Of a stretch of DNA of 64,000 bases, positions 49,259-64,000 are shown one piece after another. A program made the position numbers and the translations under genes. The notes beneath the pieces are model-generated. The model was not told the origin of the DNA. It searched no databases and saw nothing but the letters and a program-made list of their open reading frames with translations. The DNA lies in the NCBI GenBank assembly GCA_036172245.1, contig JAYWIR010000009.1, positions 3,720,001 to 3,784,000 of the forward strand, given 5' to 3'. Source of the DNA: Raillietiella orientalis (taxonomy: Eukaryota). The stretch's first letter is position 1. Each line of letters begins with the position of its first letter.

Positions 49259-50149
49259 CCGGTCTGCTGACTGAAGGAGGCTCTGATTGGGGGTCTGCTG
49301 AAGGTCACTCTTGAAAAAGAGCAGGGAAAGCAAGTGAAGTGAAGGTGCAGGTCGAGGGTTCGAATGCCCGCCCCTCCAGGAGATTCTTGAAGGTTCGCAG
49401 AGCTGCCGAACTATACCATAGGAGCACGTCTCGGCACACGTCTCCTCCAGGCGGCTCGACCGAGACGCGTCAAAGAGGAGGGAGGGCAGAAAGGGAGAAA
49501 GAGGAAAGGAGGAAGAGGAAGAAGAAAGGAGGGAGAGAAAGGGCAGAGGAGGAGGAAGAGGAAGGGCAGAAAAGGGGGAAGAGGAAAGGGGAAAGGAGGA
49601 CCAAGAGGAAAGGTGGGGACGCCAGGAGGGAAGCAAGGGATGCAAGCGAGCGCTGAAACCTACTCCGAGCGGTCGCTTCCTGTGCTGAGACCGGTCGTTG
49701 AGATCAGGGAAGGGAGAAGGAAAGAGAAGAAGAAATTCTCCCTCAGAGAGGGGTGCAACCCCCAAGAGACCACCCATTCTGCGGGAGCTCTGTGGATTTC
49801 TCTCCCTGCAGTATCCACCACGGTGGAGGAAAGTTTCCACCAGGGTCTAGCGCTAGGCGGATGGGGTGGGGGGATGGAATTAGATCCCATCACTAAGAGA
49901 AGATGTTGAGTCTTCTCTTCAAACTGGAAGCCTCTGCCTCTGCGCTCACCAGCGGCAGTGGAGCGAAACAGCTTTCATCCTCCTTAAAAGAACGGGAGCA
50001 GACAGTCCGACGCGCTCGGAAGTTCATCCGCGGTCTTCGGCGCTAAGAAGCGAAGGTAGGACGACTGCGACCCGATGGTTGTTCCTGTGTTCTCAATCAA
50101 ACCTCCTCCTTCTCTCTCCTCCTCCTCGAAGTACCGCGGCGTGAGGACC

Positions 50150-50370
50150 TCCTTCTCCCTCCTCCGACTCGGACCCGCTGACGAGTGCGCGAGTCCATAC
50201 GCGTGGAGAAGGAAATTGGGCTGAAGGCGTGCCGAGCGCCAACTCCGAATGCGGGTGCGGAGGAGGTTCCACTCGAGGAACGCTCCATGGCTAGTACAGA
50301 ACATCTGCAAGAAGCGCGCGTGCGCCTCAGAGCAGTTGCAGGTGAGGTCCATCCAGAAATCGTCGAACAT
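50150..50370 (-). mobile_element. Decayed non-LTR RT C-terminal fragment
   Basis: FDDFWMDLT...WNLLRTRIRSW...LLHAYGLAHS resembles FD.KLTW...NLLR...SWG...LLH.YKALVRS. Confidence 0.4.
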
Positions 50371-52999
50371 CCGTCTGTCCTCCGAGTCTCCCTGCAGCGC
50401 CTTTCGTCAGCAGCGCGGGAGGGAGGAAGCGTCCCTGCCGAAAGTTATCGCAAAGATCCTTGAAGAAGACCATTCTTGAGGAGTTGTCACGCCCATCCGC
50501 GACTTGCAGTTACCCCAGCTGGCTCTCTCGGGTCGGGGATGCTCGCGTATGCAATTCCGACTGAGTCCTCGTATAGATGGATTCGATCTCGGGCCCACTT
50601 GTCATGTCCGGGACGTCCCGAAATGGGATCCACCCTGCTGAATGAGAGGAGAACGGCGAGGGCAGGATAAGCGACTGAGGTGACCTCGGATTAGCCGCGG
50701 TTAAGATATGGGGTCGCAGGGAGAACTAAGAGTGAGACGGAAAGACGAAAAACGAGCGAAAGGAAAACGCAGTTCATCAGCACGAATGTGTCCCCATTGC
50801 TACGAGTGCAGGATCCTAGAAACCGAAAGGGCATCCATCGGTGTTGCCATAGCGATCGTAAACGAGACGTTTCTGAGAATTTCGAAGCAAGGCATTAATA
50901 GCCTTCCGTCTCGCAGGTCGCCAAAAGGAGTCACCGGTGCATTTCGGAAAGGAGCACAGCTTCTGAGCATCCCGAGCAATGAATCTGGCGGACCTTGCAC
51001 ACCGGAGAGCTGCGGCAACCAATCGTCTCCCCCTCCTCACGGTGACATCTGTACCTGGGGGCTCGTGAGAGACTCGTCTCAAGGCAAAAGAGAAGGTAGG
51101 CTTCGGGTGACCCACGGACGCTGGTGACCTGGCGCACTCTCTTCCGGAGGTGACTGCCCCTCTCTGGTGCACATGCGGTTCTCGAATCAGCTGGCTTCCG
51201 AGAGAATCGGAATTTCCGGAAAGGGAGAAAGCAGGGAGGGGGAAGGAGGGGTGTTGTTGTACTGATGGTCGACCCGGGTGCCTTCCGGGGAAATTTTCCC
51301 GTAAGCCGGAAGAGGAGGAAGAACCGGAAGAGGAGGAACCCTTGTTCAGAGAGATTCTTCATCTCGGACGGCTCTGCTTCACGATCTGCAAGGGCGGGGC
51401 AGAAGAAGCTGCGCATTTTGCTGGCGGACCGACGACCTCAGCCCCGACGGACAGTGGACGCCGGCGCGTCCTGGGAGGCGGCAGAGGCACTCTGCCTCCA
51501 AGCTCGCAGGCGATAAAGCAACGACCCGCTTCCGCCACCGCAGTTCGGGGATGCCCACGCGGCTCCTCGAATCTCAGGAAGCGCTTTCGAAAGGCTTCCC
51601 TCCCTGTACCGCCCAGTCGAAACGCGCTTTCCCGTCAGGCGCCTTTTGCCGAAGGGTGAGAAGAGCCGACCATCCCACTCCCCATCCACCCTCGCCGTTG
51701 TTGACGAAGGGCTGGTGCGCGGCGGCTGTTCAAGAGAGTCGGGTGTTGGTCCCTGGCGCTGACAGGTGAGCAGTGCTGCACGGGCTCGGGTCCAGTGCTG
51801 CCTTTCTCTCGGCACGGAGAAAAAGGGAGGGGAGGGGAGGGAGGAGGGGGGGAACAGTGAGTTGGGCAGCTGGGGTTGACCGGAGTTGTATGGCTCTGAG
51901 AGCCGATCTTCATGAGGCTGGACCACATCGGTCTGGGCTCAGTCTTTTCTTTCGGATTGCGTCTCCAGCAGATGCTCCGGCTGTGCCGGCTGCCGGACGG
52001 CGGCGGCGCCATCTTGCCGGGACGACTCGCGCGCGTTCTTGCAGTTCCCAACTCGTGCAGGCGAGCCGCTCGTTCCCGAGCGCCCTGAGTTCCGATGACC
52101 TGACAACGGAGGGGCGCTCATACTTGGAGTTCTCCTGAGAGCGCGTTGCTTGGTTTCCGATTCCTCCTTCCCCTTCTTTCCCAAGCCTTTTTGACCGCTT
52201 CCGCCGTGCTTTTGAACGGGCGGCGCGCGTCCGCTACCATGGCGCATCCCTTCCTTTGCTCAGGGAGAGGTCATATCGACGCAGGGACTCCACACGGTAA
52301 GCGTTCGCCAGTTCGCTGACCGGGGTCTCCTGGAGTCTGCATCCCCATCGGCCCATCGGATCACTGCTGGGAAGGACGGAAGCATCCAGAAAATCAATCA
52401 CGTGAAGGGAGGAGTCCAGAGAGCGGATTGTGAAGCCTCCGTTGACCCCCGATTTGCGGAGGAACCGGAATTTCTCTCGGAAAATTTCAGAAAGAGGATG
52501 GAAGGATACAAAGAAGAGAAGGACGGCGACCACGATGAGCAGCAATGAGTGAAGAGGGGAAGGAGAAGGTAGGTAGGAGTGTTGGTGTGTAGGAAACCAC
52601 CATCCGCACTGAGGGGCAGGATGGAGCGAGGAAACATGGGCAATGGGGCTGGGAAGGGATAAAAAGGGAGGCACGCGTGATCGTAGGGAATTCACCGCGG
52701 AAGAGGTTCGGAGCGTCCGGAAAATCAGACTCAGAGAGAAAGGTGTACGGAGAGCTTAGCGGCTCTTCGTTTGCGCTCGGTTTCCGTGGAAACCGGAACT
52801 TGCGTGCGAAAGCTTTGCCCGATGTTACGGGCGGAGATCGGAGGCACTTTCAGAAAGGTGAGCACCCCTTGGTCTCTCTTCCGGGAGCAGGAAATTCCTT
52901 GCCCGCTCGTGCCCGCCTGGGAGCACGTGAAGGAGTCAGACCGGGAGTGCCGGACTGATCCAAAACTTCGCCCAGAAGGAACTCGACCTTAAGGACGGA

Positions 53000-53380
53000 G
53001 CTGCTGCGGAGCTGCGCAGATGCCCACTCGCCTCAGGGACGACGAGGAACCCGCTTGCGAGAGGGGGGCAGCCGCACTCGAAAACGGAGGCGGCGCCCGT
53101 AACCTCCAGCGAGAGTCCAGCGACCCCGTCCTGGAGACCTCACGAGAACACCGAGGGAGAGACCGTGCGGTGGACGTTCAGGGAAGTCGCAGAGACTCGG
53201 CTTGCACCTCGCCCTGCTGTGGAACAGGATCCGCCGCGCAGCATCCAGAGGGGGCGGCGTATCTTACGCGCGCGCGCCATCACCAGGAAGAGCTCCCGGT
53301 GGACAGACGGACAACAGTGCGGCGAACGGCGCTCTGGCTGGTGCTCGTAGATGGATAAGGGGGAAGGTTTCAACTAGCAA
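53000..53380 (-). mobile_element. Decayed non-LTR RT thumb fragment
   Basis: ARKIRRPLWMLRGG..GRGASRVSATSLNVHRTVSPSVF resembles KARRRL..LR.L...WGAS..TLL.VY...VRPVL. Confidence 0.45.
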
Positions 53381-54446
53381 TAATCGCGCCTCCCTGAAGA
53401 TCAGCGGCGGCGATACTGCCCGTGAGCAAGATAAGGGGGAAGGAGGAAGCGTGAAGAAGCCACATTGGTTAATTTCTGTGAGGGGTCAAGAGATCCGGGG
53501 AAGCTGCGGTCACGGGGCGTCTTGCGAGAGTCTTTCCAGAGATCACCTTCGCTCCCGTCCTAGGCAGCCGGCTGCTGCATCGCAGCGCCAGGATTCGCTC
53601 AAACGCCAAAGGGAACACGGGATGCAGTTTGGAGGATGCTGGACGTTTCTCTCCTGATCTTCAGGATGGGTTCCTTTCCTCTGGGCCCCTCTCGACGGTC
53701 CGACGGTCTGCCAGCGGACACCCCTGAACAGACGCACTCGTCCAACAGGGGTGGCAGGGGAAGTGGGAAGAAAGCAGACCTGCGAAAGGACCAGGAGGTG
53801 GCTGCGCAACGGAAGAAGACTGGATCGGGCGGCCAGGACAGCTAGGAGGTGGTTCCGGGAACGCGGGGTAGAAAAGGACATGCGACTGAACAGGCGCTCG
53901 CGGCCGCCAAAGACACGCGGGGACGGCGGTTTAGGACGGCGGCCCTGAGGGATTTGGGTCCCATGTCGCGGAATTTTCCTTGTCACGGGGCTCCTGGAAT
54001 CTCTGGGTAGCGACATGAGGGGGCCAGGAGCCTCGCTCCAACCCAACTCAGGAAGCCCAGCCCAGAGTCCCCGGCTCCAAAGATTTTCCCCACCCACGAA
54101 AACTCCAGGAAAGCAGCTTTTTATTCCCTGTCCCTCTCTCCCTTTCCACCATGAACGAACAACGGGGGATCGATTCTGGTACCGCGTCACAGGGGCAGGT
54201 AGGCATCTGGGTCCTGCGAGGAGGGACCCCCGTTCGGGAGGCGACGCCGTTTTCCAGCAGTATCCTCCGCGCGTCTGTCCCTGGCCGGTGAGGGCGCGGG
54301 ATCGGTCGGGGGGGGGGAGAGGGAGAAGGGCGGCTCCCTCCGGTTCGCGGGAGTGCGAGGGAGGGAACGGGGCGGTGACGGAAGGGGTAGGGGGCGCGAC
54401 CTTTCTTCCGTTCCTCAGCGGGGGAGGAAGCGCCCCTCCCGGCATG

Positions 54447-63209
<8,763 letters not shown>

Positions 63210-64000
63210 CTAGTGGCGATCCCATGCTTCATGTCCACCGACCAGGTCGACTGAATGGAGCACACGCGCCTCTGCTTTCAACAGCTTCCGCTCCTGGAGA
63301 AGAAAGGCCACGGGTGAGGGAAAAGGAAAAAAAGTAGGGAGGGGAATCCGCCGCCTATGTGCACGTCGATGGCCGGGAATCGGAGGCGAGGTTCGAGGAC
63401 GCGCGTGCGGTTTCGCGCTCTCACCGCGGAGGAGCGCGCGACCGCTCCAGTGCGCCGGCTTGCCACGCGAGAGGCGTCCTCCGGGAGAAAACAGGGCTCT
63501 GCGCAGAGGAGGGGAAGATCGCTGCTGCGGTTTCAACGACACGGGATCGTGTCATTTGGGAAGCGTGCGTGGCAGAGGACGTGCACCCCGGTGCGCACGC
63601 AGTGACACGCACACGCGCATCTCGAACGTGAGGCGAACGGCCATGCGCGCGCGCTCGGTCAGCACGCGCTTGACGTCGACTTGCACACGCAAGGGAAGGG
63701 AGGGGGGGGGGGGTCGAGGGCGCGTGCAGTCGATAGCACCCCCTGCACCCGCACGCAAACGTTGGGTTTTATTTATTTTGCTGCCTGCGTCTCGCCCCGC
63801 TGTCTCAGATGGGCCCGCCAGGTGTCATTCGCGAAAGACCTCTCCGTACGGCTCTCAGGAGTGCAGAGGGATGCGAGGGAAAGCGAAAGTGAAGGGGTGA
63901 TTCGTCCCAGCTAAGAGCTCCTGCTGAGAAGCGGCAACTGGCGCGAGGCCACAGAGGAGGCGAACCAAGCGCTTTCTTCGCACAATCCCCCAGAAGTCCG

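Noticed and set aside
49340..49380. tRNA 3'-half-like GGTCGAGGGTTCGAATGCCCG
   Set aside because: No matching 5' half or D arm.

Overview
Eukaryotic (most likely arthropod) nuclear DNA, not prokaryotic; most entries in the ORF track are spurious GC-rich frames. Three intact spliced genes can be reconstructed by hand: (1) myosin VIIa/crinkled on + (9775-19941, 34 coding exons, about 2198 aa); (2) ribosomal protein S8 on - (24851-26351, 6 exons, 207 aa), lying in a sharply AT-rich island and hosting two intronic C/D-box snoRNAs whose guides match conserved 28S rRNA 2'-O-methylation sites; (3) a TASK-type two-pore K+ channel (Task6-like) on - (54447-63173, 3 coding exons, 374 aa). The rest is GC-rich, purine/pyrimidine-skewed DNA containing many very decayed non-LTR retrotransposon fossils (APE, RT, RNase H and CCHC motifs), a frameshifted CPEB1/orb-like pseudogene fragment ending in a perfect hairpin, several short dispersed duplications, perfect inverted repeats and candidate transcription-factor motif clusters. 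I found no evidence for a wholly new biological system; the best leads are the snoRNAs, the CPEB pseudogene plus hairpin, the compositional island and the motif clusters. All homology calls come from remembered family motifs, not database searches.
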